Below, in pieces: positions 49,864 through 59,719 of a DNA stretch of 64,000 nt. Where the stretch lies: positions 30,170 through 94,169 of the forward strand of contig CBFIGY010000010.1 in NCBI GenBank assembly GCA_965662235.1. Direction: 5' to 3'. How positions within the stretch are numbered: position 1 is the first letter of the stretch; the number at the start of each line of letters is the position of its first letter. The position numbers and the translations under genes are program-made. The notes beneath the pieces were generated by a model. That model ran no database searches and was not told the origin of the DNA. It saw only the letters and a list, made by a program, of their open reading frames with translations. The stretch is from an uncultured bacterium (GTDB taxonomy: Bacteria; SAR324; NAC60-12).

Positions 49864-51405
49864 TTACTCGGCAAGGGTCAGGGAGGCCTTCAGCTGGGCG
49901 CGTCTCCGCAGCCACAGACTGGGGCGGTACCGAGGGTCCTGAGTGCAGGCATGCAACGCCTCCAGCAGGTTCAGCAGGTTCGCAGGGCCCAGCTGATCTC
50001 CCCAGCCAAGCGGCCCTAGAGGATACCCGAGACCCCGTTGGACGGCAAGGTCGATGTCCTCTGGTGTGGCAATGCGTTGCTGAGCGAGTTCGCAGGCGGT
50101 GTTGATGACAGCAGCCAGAATACGGGGGCCAACAAAGCCGGGGCTGTCTCGAATGAAGACCACTTCGCGTTCGGGAGTGGTGAATGCTGCTTCCGCCCGG
50201 GCGCGAAAAGTGGGATCAAGGAGGGGGTTCCCCATCAGGGTGCAGCACGTGTCCAGAGGCAGAAGGGTTTCCACAGCAACGGTTTGAGCTGGGTTCAGGC
50301 CTTCGTCCAGCAATGCGGTCGTGGCATCCCAGCCCAGAGGGGTGATCAGGCACAGCGCCTCCGGAGTCGGATCTGAGAGACAGGTCACGCCGGCGGCTTC
50401 CAGAGCCTCCTGCACGCGGCTCGCCCGTTCCGGATTCCGGGGACTCACCCACACGGGTCCCACTTCCGGGAGCGTTGCCGGGCGTGGAAAGGTTCGGGTG
50501 TCCGGAAGCTGCTGCTGGCCGTTTTCATAGGTGTAGAAGCCGGCGTGTGTTTTCCGTCCGAGGAGTCCGGCAGCGTGCCGGCGGGCCAGTTGCGGGGTGG
50601 GACGGAAGCGGGGCTCATGAAAGAACTGCTCGTAGATCTGCACCATCACCGGATGGGAAACATCGAGGCCGGTCAGGTCCAGCAGCTCACAGGGGCCCAT
50701 CCGGAATCCGGCTCGCTTCCGCATGATGCGGTCGATCTCGTGCGGCAACGCGACGCCTTCCTGCAGAATCCGGAGGCCTTCGGTGGTGAGCCCACGGCCG
50801 GCATGGTTGATGAGGAATCCCGGAGAGTCCTCCACCTGCACCGGCGTATGCCCAAAGCTCCGGGCGAATGCCTTGAGCGGCTCAAGCACTTCCGGAGCGG
50901 TCCGCTGTCCGCCAATGACTTCGACCACCTTCATCAGGGGCACCGGATTGAAAAAATGATACCCGGCCACCCGTTCCGGACGGCGGCATCCGGCAGCAAT
51001 CTGGGTGACTGACAGGGAGCTGGTGTTTGTGGCAAGGACACAGGTGTCGGAGACAAGGGCTTCCAGCTGCGCAAAGAGCTGCTGCTTGACCGCTAGGTCC
51101 TCGACAATGGCCTCGACGATGAGGTCACAGTCCTTCAACGCCTCTAGGTCCGGAGCGGGCTGCAGGCCTTCTAGGGTACGGGCGGCGGCTTCGACCGTGA
51201 GGCGTCCCTTTTCGACGGCGCGTTTGAGCATCTGCTCAATGAAGTCCCGGGCTTCTGCAACCTGTGGCGCGTGAGTGTCAAAGAGCAGGACCGTGGCACC
51301 GGCTTGGGCCATCACCTGGGCAATGCCACGTCCCATGGCTCCGGCACCAATGAGGCCGACTCGGGAAAAAGGAAGAGGGGGAACCGTCATGGGAGCTTCC
51401 AGCAC
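49864..51405 (-). CDS. 3-hydroxyacyl-CoA dehydrogenase (PaaH-like)
   Basis: GAGAMGRGIA, EAIVEDL, ATNTSSLS, HFFNPVPLM, and a duplicated C-terminal domain (DSPGF twice). Confidence 0.92.
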   Translation of the reverse strand: MLEAPMTVPPLPFSRVGLIGAGAMGRGIAQVMAQAGATVLLFDTHAPQVAEARDFIEQMLKRAVEKGRLTVEAAARTLEGLQPAPDLEALKDCDLIVEAIVEDLAVKQQLFAQLEALVSDTCVLATNTSSLSVTQIAAGCRRPERVAGYHFFNPVPLMKVVEVIGGQRTAPEVLEPLKAFARSFGHTPVQVEDSPGFLINHAGRGLTTEGLRILQEGVALPHEIDRIMRKRAGFRMGPCELLDLTGLDVSHPVMVQIYEQFFHEPRFRPTPQLARRHAAGLLGRKTHAGFYTYENGQQQLPDTRTFPRPATLPEVGPVWVSPRNPERASRVQEALEAAGVTCLSDPTPEALCLITPLGWDATTALLDEGLNPAQTVAVETLLPLDTCCTLMGNPLLDPTFRARAEAAFTTPEREVVFIRDSPGFVGPRILAAVINTACELAQQRIATPEDIDLAVQRGLGYPLGPLGWGDQLGPANLLNLLEALHACTQDPRYRPSLWLRRRAQLKASLTLAE

Positions 51406-51408
51406 GGG

Positions 51409-52233
51409 TTAACGCCAGTAACGCAGCTTGCGCAGCACCTTGGCATCCGCGATATAGGGGTTGGGGAAATCGGCTGGTGCCGGAAAGGGAGCGCTGATGG
51501 GAAGCGTCTGCACCTTGCGGTTCCAGACTTCAATCATCAGGGTTTCCAGGTTGAGGACATCGGCCATGTTGTAGGCAAGCAGGGTATCCAGAATCTTTGG
51601 ATCCTGGGTTCGCTTGTACTTCTGCCAGAGGAGCACTGCGGTGTAGCCATCTACCTCTTCCAAGGCGTCTCCCCGCTGCACTCCCAGCTGGCGTTCAATC
51701 GACTTGAGCCCCCCCTTGTAGCCCAGCTGCTTGAGCGGGTACCGCAGGTCGATGTGGGCGTGGTCGAGGGGAATGCCAAAGAAGTTCCGGAGGACGGGCA
51801 GGTCAAAGGTCTTGCCGTTGAAGGTCACCAGCAGGTCAAACGCTTCAATGTCCCGGGCAAATTCGTGAAGGTTCTCTCCGTTGATGTAGGCCTTGGCCTG
51901 CTTCCCGTTGAAGACACAGACGGTGGTCACCTCTGCATTAGAGCCGAGCCCGGTGGTTTCAATGTCGAGGTACGCCACATTTTCGTGGAGGGAACCGAAG
52001 AGGCGCCACGATTCAGCGCTGGGAAGGTGCTCCCAGAAGAAACGGGTGTTGTGCGTCGTCCAGGCGTCGTGGCTCTGCTGCGACCAGGTCCGGACGGTTT
52101 CGCTGAGGGTGGTGCCAAAGGGAAGCGCCTCGGCGCTGAGAACGGCTTCGTGGCTGAGCAGTCCGGACTTCCAGAGGGCGACCTCGCGTTGTGGGCTGAT
52201 GCCCGGAATGTGAATGAAGGTGTGTTCCAGCAT
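51409..52233 (-). CDS. RNase H-like (YprB / RNase_H_2) exonuclease domain protein
   Basis: YLDIETTG, VTFNGKTFDLP, HIDL, GGLKSIE, YN..DV. Confidence 0.85.
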   Translation of the reverse strand: MLEHTFIHIPGISPQREVALWKSGLLSHEAVLSAEALPFGTTLSETVRTWSQQSHDAWTTHNTRFFWEHLPSAESWRLFGSLHENVAYLDIETTGLGSNAEVTTVCVFNGKQAKAYINGENLHEFARDIEAFDLLVTFNGKTFDLPVLRNFFGIPLDHAHIDLRYPLKQLGYKGGLKSIERQLGVQRGDALEEVDGYTAVLLWQKYKRTQDPKILDTLLAYNMADVLNLETLMIEVWNRKVQTLPISAPFPAPADFPNPYIADAKVLRKLRYWR

Positions 52234-52301
52234 GAGTATTGTTGCTGTCTGACGTTGCCCCTGTCGTGGTAAGGATCGCCGGAAGTGAGGACTTCCGGGG
52301 T

Positions 52302-53564
52302 TCAGGTGAGGGTTTCGGCGTAGGGAACCTTGGCGGGTTCCGGTTCCGGAGCCGTTGAGGACGTCTGAGCGTCGGTGAGCATCTGGTCATGCCCCACTCC
52401 GCCGTCATGCAGCTCCAGGTGGATGTCTGCGGCATCAATGTCATCGATGGCCTCAATCACTCCCCGGGCCCGCTCGGCAACCTGCTGGGCTTCTGCAATG
52501 CGGAGTTCGGCATCCATGATCAGGTTCACCTGCACCGTCAGGCGCTGGTTGAGGAAGTGACAGAAGATGTGGGTGACCCCTAGGACCTCTGGAACCTGCT
52601 TCAGGGCCTGACGCAGGTCTTGCTCAATCTCGTTTTGCGGACGCATCATGCGCTGCACGTCCTCTTCAATGTCGTCTTCAGCGTCCACGTGCACCAGCAC
52701 CTCGTTGACCTCTGAGATGGAGTCAAGGATCACCCAGCGGACGCGCTCTGCAACCTGGTGGGCGGCAGAGACGGTCATCAGGCGCCCGACCTCCACGTGC
52801 ATGTCCACAAGCAGGTGGGACCCCATGCGCCGGACCCGGACCTGGTGGAAGCTACAGACGCCTTCCACCTGCTTGATGAGTTCGTGGATGCGTTCCGTAA
52901 CCTCATCCTCAAGCGCCTCATCGGTGAGCTCCCGGACGCTGTCTCGGCCGATTTCCCACGCGACCATGATGATCAAGCTGGCCACCAGGAAGCCGGCCAC
53001 CGAGTCGAGAAACGGATACCCCAGCATCGCCCCCCCGATGCCAGCAAACGCGGCCACCGACGAGAGCGCATCGGAGCGATGGTGCCAGGCGTTGGCAATG
53101 AGCACCCGGCTGTTCTGGCGTTTGCCCACTGCCCAGGTTCCCCAGAACAGGGCTTCCTTGACCCCAATGGAGAGGGCAGCCATCCAGAGCGCTAGGCTTC
53201 CGGGAACGTGCGGGGCGCTCAGGTTTTCGTAGGCGTGCAGTCCGGCGCCGATGCCGGTCAGCAGCAAGAGCAGAGCCACCATGAGGGAGCCCAGCGTTTC
53301 AAAGCGCCCGTGCCCGTAGGGATGGTTTTCGTCTCGGGGACGGCGGGACATGCGGACGGCCCAAAGCGTGACGCCATCCGAAAGGAGGTCGGAGAAGGAG
53401 TGCCCAGCATCGGCAACCAGCGCTGCAGATCCGGCGAGGACGCCCCCAACGCTCTTGGCAATGGCCAGCAGCAGGTTGCAGACGAGGCCAATCCAGGTGA
53501 TGCGGTTGGCTTCTCGGGTTAGTTCGTGCGAGTCGAGGCTTCCGTGGTGGTGTCCGTGTCCCAT
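52302..53564 (-). CDS. Cation diffusion facilitator (FieF-like) with duplicated C-terminal domain
   Basis: His-rich N-terminus, ADAGHSFSD, HPYGHGRFE, ANAWHHRSDA, two ZT_dimer-like repeats. Confidence 0.92.
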   Translation of the reverse strand: MGHGHHHGSLDSHELTREANRITWIGLVCNLLLAIAKSVGGVLAGSAALVADAGHSFSDLLSDGVTLWAVRMSRRPRDENHPYGHGRFETLGSLMVALLLLLTGIGAGLHAYENLSAPHVPGSLALWMAALSIGVKEALFWGTWAVGKRQNSRVLIANAWHHRSDALSSVAAFAGIGGAMLGYPFLDSVAGFLVASLIIMVAWEIGRDSVRELTDEALEDEVTERIHELIKQVEGVCSFHQVRVRRMGSHLLVDMHVEVGRLMTVSAAHQVAERVRWVILDSISEVNEVLVHVDAEDDIEEDVQRMMRPQNEIEQDLRQALKQVPEVLGVTHIFCHFLNQRLTVQVNLIMDAELRIAEAQQVAERARGVIEAIDDIDAADIHLELHDGGVGHDQMLTDAQTSSTAPEPEPAKVPYAETLT

Positions 53565-53579
53565 AGTGCTCTAAAGGAA

Positions 53580-54674
53580 TTAACCGTTGCGCCGCTCAAA
53601 CTCCCGCATGAAGGCGGCAAGGGCCTGAGCCCCTTCGAGCGGCATGGCGTTGTACATGGAAGCGCGGGCGCCTCCGACGTCTCGGTGACCTGCCAGTGCG
53701 GTCAGACCGGCGGTGTTGGCTTCCTGCAGGAACCGCTGGAGGAGCTCGTCAGACGGCAGGTGGAAGGTCACGTTCATCAAGGAACGGTCTGCGGTGGCCG
53801 CAACCGCCTGGTAGAAGGAGGAGGAGTCGAGCACCTCATACAGGCACTGGGCGCGGGCGCGGGCGCGCCGTTCCATTTCAGGAATGCCGCCCTCGGCCTT
53901 CATCCACTCCAGCACCCGCTTGAAGACATAGACGGCAAAGGTGTTCAGCGTGTTGGGCATGGAGTTCTGGGCCGCAAACAGCTGGTAGTCCAACAGCTTC
54001 GGGGTTTCCGGAAGCGCCTGACCCAGCAGGTCGTCTCGAACCAGAACCAGGCAGGATCCGGAAGGGCCCAGGTTTTTTTGCAGGCCCGCGTAGAGCACTC
54101 CAAACCGCTCCCAGGGCAGGAAGCGCGAGAGCATCTCAGAGGTGGCGTCTCCGACAAGGGGAATGGAGCCGGTGTCTGGAAGCTCGTGCCACTGGGTCCC
54201 GTAAAGGGTGTTGTTGGTGGTCAGGTGAGCGTAGCTGGATTCTGGATCCAGCTGTGCGGGGTCCCAGGCGGGAATGGTGCGGTACCCTTCGTCTTTTCCA
54301 CTGAGGGCGATGGTGGTGGTGCCATAGCGGCGGGCTTCCTTTTCGGCCAATTCGCCCCACTTGCCGGTGATCAGGTAGGCCCCTTTGCGGGCGGGCTGCA
54401 GGGGGAGCAGGTTCAGAGGAACACAGGAAAACTGCATCTGCGCGCCTCCGTGCATGTGGAGCACCCGGTACGACTGGGGCAACCCCGTTAGTTCCCGGAA
54501 GAGGGCCTCGGCTTCTTCGACTACCTGCACAAACGGTTTGGACCGGTGGCTGATCTCAATAACGGAGGCGCCCAGGCCATTGAAGTTCAGGAATTCCTGC
54601 TGAACCTGTTCCATGACAGGAACCGGTAACATCGCTGGACCGGCGCTGAAGTTGTAGACACGATCGGTGGTCAT
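53580..54674 (-). CDS. serC: Phosphoserine aminotransferase
   Basis: YNFSAGPAMLP, EISHRS, GLQKNLGPSG, RSLMNVTF, GHRDVGG.RAS.YNA. Confidence 0.96.
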   Translation of the reverse strand: MTTDRVYNFSAGPAMLPVPVMEQVQQEFLNFNGLGASVIEISHRSKPFVQVVEEAEALFRELTGLPQSYRVLHMHGGAQMQFSCVPLNLLPLQPARKGAYLITGKWGELAEKEARRYGTTTIALSGKDEGYRTIPAWDPAQLDPESSYAHLTTNNTLYGTQWHELPDTGSIPLVGDATSEMLSRFLPWERFGVLYAGLQKNLGPSGSCLVLVRDDLLGQALPETPKLLDYQLFAAQNSMPNTLNTFAVYVFKRVLEWMKAEGGIPEMERRARARAQCLYEVLDSSSFYQAVAATADRSLMNVTFHLPSDELLQRFLQEANTAGLTALAGHRDVGGARASMYNAMPLEGAQALAAFMREFERRNG

Positions 54675-54967
54675 AAGAAGGGGACGGGTGCGGCTGATTG
54701 GGAGAATGTGACAAGGGCTGACGCCATAAGGTCAGGGCGGCAGGAGCCCCGAATTTTCCAGTGTACTGAGACTGAGGGAGAACAACAATCTGAAACCCGC
54801 AGGCTCCTTCCAAAGGCGGAAGCCCCTAAATTTTCCGAATTTTCCGCAAAAATAAGGAATGACTCAGAGAGTGGGCAAAAGATTGCAAATTTTCAGTGGA
54901 TTGCGCATCATGATCAGCCTTTTGAAAAAAGGCGTTCACTGAATCACCCTCAAAAATTATTGCCGTC

Positions 54968-56476
54968 GTGTCAAAAAATCAGGTCTGGGGCAGTCACCTC
55001 AGTCGTCCCCCTGCCGAAACCAACGTGCTCTTCTGTGCCGGACGTGATGTGCGCCCGTTGCCAATGGCTGATGAGGTGCTCATTCCCTATGACCTTTGGA
55101 CCAACCGGGCTCACAGCATCATGCTTTATGAGCAGAAGCTGATTCCGCTAACGGCGCTGCAGGGCATTCTGCAGGGGCTGGACGAGCTGGAAGCCGAGCA
55201 TGCGGCCGGTCGCTTTACGCTGGATCCGGCCAAGGAAGATGTGCACATCAACGTGGAAGCCTTTGTGACGGCCACCCAGGGCGCTGAAGCAGGAGGGCGC
55301 ATGCACATCGGTCGCAGTCGCAACGACCAGACGGCGTGTGACACTCGGCTTTACCTCCGGGACGTGGGCCTGAAGCTTCTGGAGTCGGTGACCCACCTGA
55401 CCGAGGTGTTGCTGGAGCAAGCTGAACAGCACACGCAAACGGTGATGCCCGGGTTCACCCACTACCAGCCTGCGATGATCACCACCTGGGGACACTGGCT
55501 TTGCTCCTACGCACAGGGGCTGCTCCGGGACCTGGAGCGGTTGCTGCTGACGGTGCGGCTGGTCAACCGAAACCCCTTGGGGGCAGCGGCCTCCTTTGGC
55601 ACCTCTTGGCCGTTGGACCGCAACCGGACCCGCGAGCTCCTGGCCTTTGAGCAGGTGGAGCTGAACACACTTGACTGCATCACAAGTCGTTGGGAAAACG
55701 AAGCGCAGCTGGCTCAGGCTGCTGCCATGCTGATGAACCGCCTGAGCATCGTTGCACAGGATCTGATTGTGCTGAGCCTCCCGTATGCCGGCATGTTACG
55801 GCTTGATGATACCTTTGTCACGGGCTCGTCCATCATGCCTCAGAAGAAGAACCCAGACTTTGCCGAAGTCATCAAGTCCAAGGCCTCGCTGGCGCATGGT
55901 TACCTGATGAGCCTCCTGGGCATCCAAAAAGGCGCCCTTAGTGGCTACAACCGAGACACTCAGGCCACCAAGTACCTCATCATGGACCTGGTCCGGGAGT
56001 GCGAGGAGGCCCCGGAGCTGCTGACAGGAGTGGTGAGTTCGCTGACGGTGCAGCAGGAGCAGATGCGGGAGCAGTGCCTGGTGGGCTTCATGAATGCTGT
56101 GGACGTTGCCGACTGGCTGGCCCGGGGCCTGAACCTGCCGTTCCGGGAGTGCTACAACGTCCTTGCGACGGCGGTCCGTCTTTCGGAACCCAGCCCCCAG
56201 CTCACACGAGAGGCTCTGCAGCAAGCCCTGCAGGAAGCTGGACACGAGCAGGAGGTACCCGCTGAGGCCTTCGCCCGCCTGCAGGATCCAGTCAGCCTGC
56301 TGGCAGAACGGCAACATCTGGGAAGCCCTGCACCGGAACAGGTGACCGCTCAGGTGACGTTTTTGCGTCAACAGCTCCAGACCTTCCGGGAGGCCGGACA
56401 GGTGCTGCGCCAGCAAATAGCCCAGGCTCAGCAGACCTGTCGCGGTTATCGTAAAACCGTTGCAAGTCCCGATTAA
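54968..56476 (+). CDS. argH: Argininosuccinate lyase
   Basis: EDVH, GRSRNDQ, MPGFTHYQPA, TGSSIMPQKKNPD, GYNRD.Q. Confidence 0.95.
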   Translation: MSKNQVWGSHLSRPPAETNVLFCAGRDVRPLPMADEVLIPYDLWTNRAHSIMLYEQKLIPLTALQGILQGLDELEAEHAAGRFTLDPAKEDVHINVEAFVTATQGAEAGGRMHIGRSRNDQTACDTRLYLRDVGLKLLESVTHLTEVLLEQAEQHTQTVMPGFTHYQPAMITTWGHWLCSYAQGLLRDLERLLLTVRLVNRNPLGAAASFGTSWPLDRNRTRELLAFEQVELNTLDCITSRWENEAQLAQAAAMLMNRLSIVAQDLIVLSLPYAGMLRLDDTFVTGSSIMPQKKNPDFAEVIKSKASLAHGYLMSLLGIQKGALSGYNRDTQATKYLIMDLVRECEEAPELLTGVVSSLTVQQEQMREQCLVGFMNAVDVADWLARGLNLPFRECYNVLATAVRLSEPSPQLTREALQQALQEAGHEQEVPAEAFARLQDPVSLLAERQHLGSPAPEQVTAQVTFLRQQLQTFREAGQVLRQQIAQAQQTCRGYRKTVASPD

Positions 56477-56608
56477 CTTAAGTAAACCTGCTTAACCGAG
56501 AAGGCGCCATGAACTGAACCGGCGCATCTCCCGCTGCTGTCACCGTCCGCGACCGATTTTGAGGGGTCGCCTTGCTAAGGCAGCTGTCCTCAACTTGAGA
56601 AAATTTAG

Positions 56609-58174
56609 ATGGAACCGCACGAACTTTCCTTAAATGCCCGTAATTGGATGGCAAGTGCCATGGTGGGGATCATCCTCTCCGATGGTGAGGTCAGCCCCGA
56701 CGAGATTGAAGCCTTTCGCCTCCGGATCATCAACTTGGTTGAGGTGGAGAAGGCGAAAGAGCTGGTGGCGTGTCTCAAGAACCTGAAGTCTCCCAATCTG
56801 GAAAAAATCGCTCTGCCGAAAGCCGAGGCTTTTGAGGTCCTCAAGACCCTGACCCAGATTGCTGGATCGGATGGCGCCTTGGCGCGCAACGAAGAGCGCA
56901 CCCTGCACCGCATGAGCCGCTTGCTGGGGCTTCCGGAAAGCGTGACCGACCTTGTTTTGGAGCGCGTGGAGAAGGGCCTCACAGCGTCCCTCAACGTCCG
57001 GGTGGTCGCCAAGAAGGTCAACCAGCGGGCCATCGGCCTGGCGTGGACCCAGACCTACTGCGCCCTGCTGACAGAGTTTTCGCTCGAATCGGAGGAACGC
57101 CTGCAGCTCGAGGTGGTGGAGCCTTCCAAGGAAGAGGGCAAGGGCCTGGTTTCCTACAGCCCCATCAGCGCCGTTGTCGACCGCATCAAGGCCAGTCAGG
57201 AGGCGCCCGGAAAGTACATCATTCACGTCCGGTTCCAAACCGCATTGCGCGTGAGCCATGGGGTGCTGCACCACATCTTTCCCCACCGTTATGAGAACGG
57301 TAAGCCAGAGGTGGTGAAGACTCCCTTTCTGAAGGAAATCACGGCTGCCAAAGGGCACTGTAAGGTCTGCGGAGACCGTGAGGTGCTCTTCTGGCCACAC
57401 GATCACGAAGTGCTCAGCTACAACCTCTTTGGTCTGCCCAGCCTCCTTCCAGACAAGCTGACGTCCAACGGGCTCCCCTTCCAGGCTTACATGGCCTCGC
57501 TGTGTCCCAAGTGCATGTTTGCCTCGGAGGATGGTGACTTTGTCTATGTGGTTGGCAACGAAGTGAACCCCTTCCCTTTGCCACCGAGGTTCCGGAACAA
57601 CTGGATGGCCAGCATTCCACAGCGCCGCATTGCCAAGAACCTGTCGTCTCAGGAGCGTTGGGAGGTGACAAACCGCGACCTGGAGCAGGGCATCACGTGC
57701 TGGAAGGCCGTCTTGGAAACGAACCACACCCTGGCCTCACAGGAATGGCCCTGGGCCAACCACTACAAGGTCAAGAAGGGCAAGGGCCTGATTCAGTTTG
57801 CAGAAACCTCTTTGCTTACCAAACAGCTGGGCCTAGCCACCGACTACCTCCGGGACGCCTATCAGGCGCTGAGCGAGAGCGCAAAGGAACTCAAGGGCAT
57901 GGAGGCTGCGCTGGTGCATGCCATGCGCGTCATGGTGTCGCTGTGCCTAGAGGATCCGGAGCGAGCCGGACGGAGTGCTGTGGAGTTCAATCACTCAGGG
58001 GTCGGAGACGATCAGAAAGAGATCTTTCAGAAGATCCAAACGGCGCTCTCTTACGCGGTCGAAAACAAGAAGTCCTACGCCCTCAAGGGGCTGAGCAACT
58101 TCGCGGGGACCGAAGAGTTTCCCGGGCTTTCCCAGCTGGGGAAAGAAATGTCTGCTGCTGCTCAGCAACGCTGA
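56609..58174 (+). CDS. Multidomain protein: TerB-like N-terminus plus Cys-rich (DUF2225-like) and helical C-terminus
   Basis: IILSDGEVSPDE and IAGSDGALARNE (TerB-like pair); CKVC...CPKCMFAS; TPR-like helices. Confidence 0.65.
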   Translation: MEPHELSLNARNWMASAMVGIILSDGEVSPDEIEAFRLRIINLVEVEKAKELVACLKNLKSPNLEKIALPKAEAFEVLKTLTQIAGSDGALARNEERTLHRMSRLLGLPESVTDLVLERVEKGLTASLNVRVVAKKVNQRAIGLAWTQTYCALLTEFSLESEERLQLEVVEPSKEEGKGLVSYSPISAVVDRIKASQEAPGKYIIHVRFQTALRVSHGVLHHIFPHRYENGKPEVVKTPFLKEITAAKGHCKVCGDREVLFWPHDHEVLSYNLFGLPSLLPDKLTSNGLPFQAYMASLCPKCMFASEDGDFVYVVGNEVNPFPLPPRFRNNWMASIPQRRIAKNLSSQERWEVTNRDLEQGITCWKAVLETNHTLASQEWPWANHYKVKKGKGLIQFAETSLLTKQLGLATDYLRDAYQALSESAKELKGMEAALVHAMRVMVSLCLEDPERAGRSAVEFNHSGVGDDQKEIFQKIQTALSYAVENKKSYALKGLSNFAGTEEFPGLSQLGKEMSAAAQQR

Positions 58175-58437
58175 ATCCCCGCCCAGAGCCTCCTTCCGAG
58201 GCTCCCTCCCGGGTCGTACGGACCCAAGTCACGCTCCTCTCAGCCGCGCTGCAGTCTCCTTGATCCAGCGCCGGCATTTGTCCTGTTCAAGGGAAATAAT
58301 TTGAAATAGATAAAAAAATCAAACAGCTGCTTGGAGGAAGCAGGTCTCCGGAAAGAGCAGTATTTCCATTTGAGAAAGCCGCCTCCCCTTTCTAAAATAG
58401 TGACTTTCCTACTTACAAGCAGAAGAGGCGGTCAGGA

Positions 58438-58785
58438 TTGGGGACTCCAAAGAAGGCGGAAGAGGAGGAGCGGCTTCGGCTCCTAGTGAAACTGTGCGTG
58501 CTGGCGGTGCAGTATTGGCAGGAATCCACGCTGAAGTCGAAGGTCGAGCTGGCCACTCAATCGGAGCTGTGGACGGTGACGCTGGACCGCAGCACCCCCC
58601 AAACCCGGAACCTGGACCGCTACATGAGCTTCCAGTCCATTCCCAAGCACCCCAACACTGAAGCGGTGCTCCGAACCGCCTACTTTGTGCTCGACACCTG
58701 CAGAGGCAAGAGTCCCATCCGCAAGGAGCTTGAGGAGACCCTGAAGGCCTACCTAGAGGTGGAGCGGCTCCTGCGCGTCAGCTAG
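58438..58785 (+). CDS. Stand-alone ChiS-like DNA-binding domain protein
   Basis: YWQESTLKSKVELATQSELWTVTLDRSTPQTRNLDRY..IPKHP..VLRTAYFVL aligns by eye with the C-terminus of 42156..44927; TTG start with GAGG upstream. Confidence 0.78.
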   Translation: MGTPKKAEEEERLRLLVKLCVLAVQYWQESTLKSKVELATQSELWTVTLDRSTPQTRNLDRYMSFQSIPKHPNTEAVLRTAYFVLDTCRGKSPIRKELEETLKAYLEVERLLRVS

Positions 58786-59701
58786 GCACGTCGGCCCGCT
58801 GAGCAGGAGGCTTCTTCCGGAACAGCAGCATCCCCCCAATGATCAGCACCATTCCCAGCGCGTGAAACCACTGAAAGCGCTCCCCCAGAAACACCACTGC
58901 CAGCAGAGACGCAAAGACCGGGACCAGGTTCAGAAAGAGGCCGCTCTGGCTGGGGCCAATCAACTCAATTCCTCGGTTCCAGCAGAGGTACGCCAAGATG
59001 GAGGGGAAGATGGACACGTATCCGACCGCCCATGCCGCCTCAGGGCTCCAGTGCGGCAACCCATACCAATTCCACTCCAGAACCATCAGGGGCGTCAGCA
59101 ATCCGCCTCCGAGGGCAAAGGTGACGGAAAGGAAGCTCAGCAGGTGAATCCGGGGCTTGATGCGGAGCAACGTGGAGTAAGAAGCATAGGAAATGACTGC
59201 CGGAATCAGCCACAGGTCACCGGGCACCAGCTCGAAACGGAGCAGCACCTCCCAGCTGCCGCGAAACAGCACCAGCAGCACCCCTGAAAAGCAGAGCAGG
59301 AGTCCGGACCACTGCTTCAGCCCGGCGCGTTCGTGGAACCACCACCAGGACAGCACCAGGATCACTGCTGGCCCTGCAGTCTGGAGCAACGCCGCGTTGA
59401 TGGCCTGTGTGGTCTGCAGAGCAACGTAAAAGAGGGTGTTGAAGGTGGTGATCCCCAGCACCGAGAGCAGCAGCAGCAGGCGCCAGGAGGTCCGGATGAT
59501 GGGCCAGTCGCGCTTCAGGTGCGACCAGGCGAAGGGCGTGAGGAGGGCCAGGGCCACCATCCAGCGGATCCACGCAAGGGTGATGGGGGAGATCAACTCG
59601 TTGACCCCCCGGGCGGTGACCGCGTTTCCGGCCCAGAACAGCGGGACCAGCGTTAGCAGCAGGTAGGGCTGGGTGGAGATCCACTCCCGGAAGCGCATCA
59701 T
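58778..59701 (-). CDS. DMT/EamA family transporter
   Basis: LFWAGN, about 10 TM, WNRGIELIGP, FLNLVPVF, FLGE. Confidence 0.92.
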   Translation of the reverse strand: MMRFREWISTQPYLLLTLVPLFWAGNAVTARGVNELISPITLAWIRWMVALALLTPFAWSHLKRDWPIIRTSWRLLLLLSVLGITTFNTLFYVALQTTQAINAALLQTAGPAVILVLSWWWFHERAGLKQWSGLLLCFSGVLLVLFRGSWEVLLRFELVPGDLWLIPAVISYASYSTLLRIKPRIHLLSFLSVTFALGGGLLTPLMVLEWNWYGLPHWSPEAAWAVGYVSIFPSILAYLCWNRGIELIGPSQSGLFLNLVPVFASLLAVVFLGERFQWFHALGMVLIIGGMLLFRKKPPAQRADVPS

Positions 59702-59719
59702 GAGGCTCTCTTCTGCGGC

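Noticed and set aside
51409..52233. RNase H-like exonuclease as a defence or Cas component
   Set aside because: It sits in a housekeeping-like run (serC-CDF-exonuclease-dehydrogenase) with no defence genes nearby.
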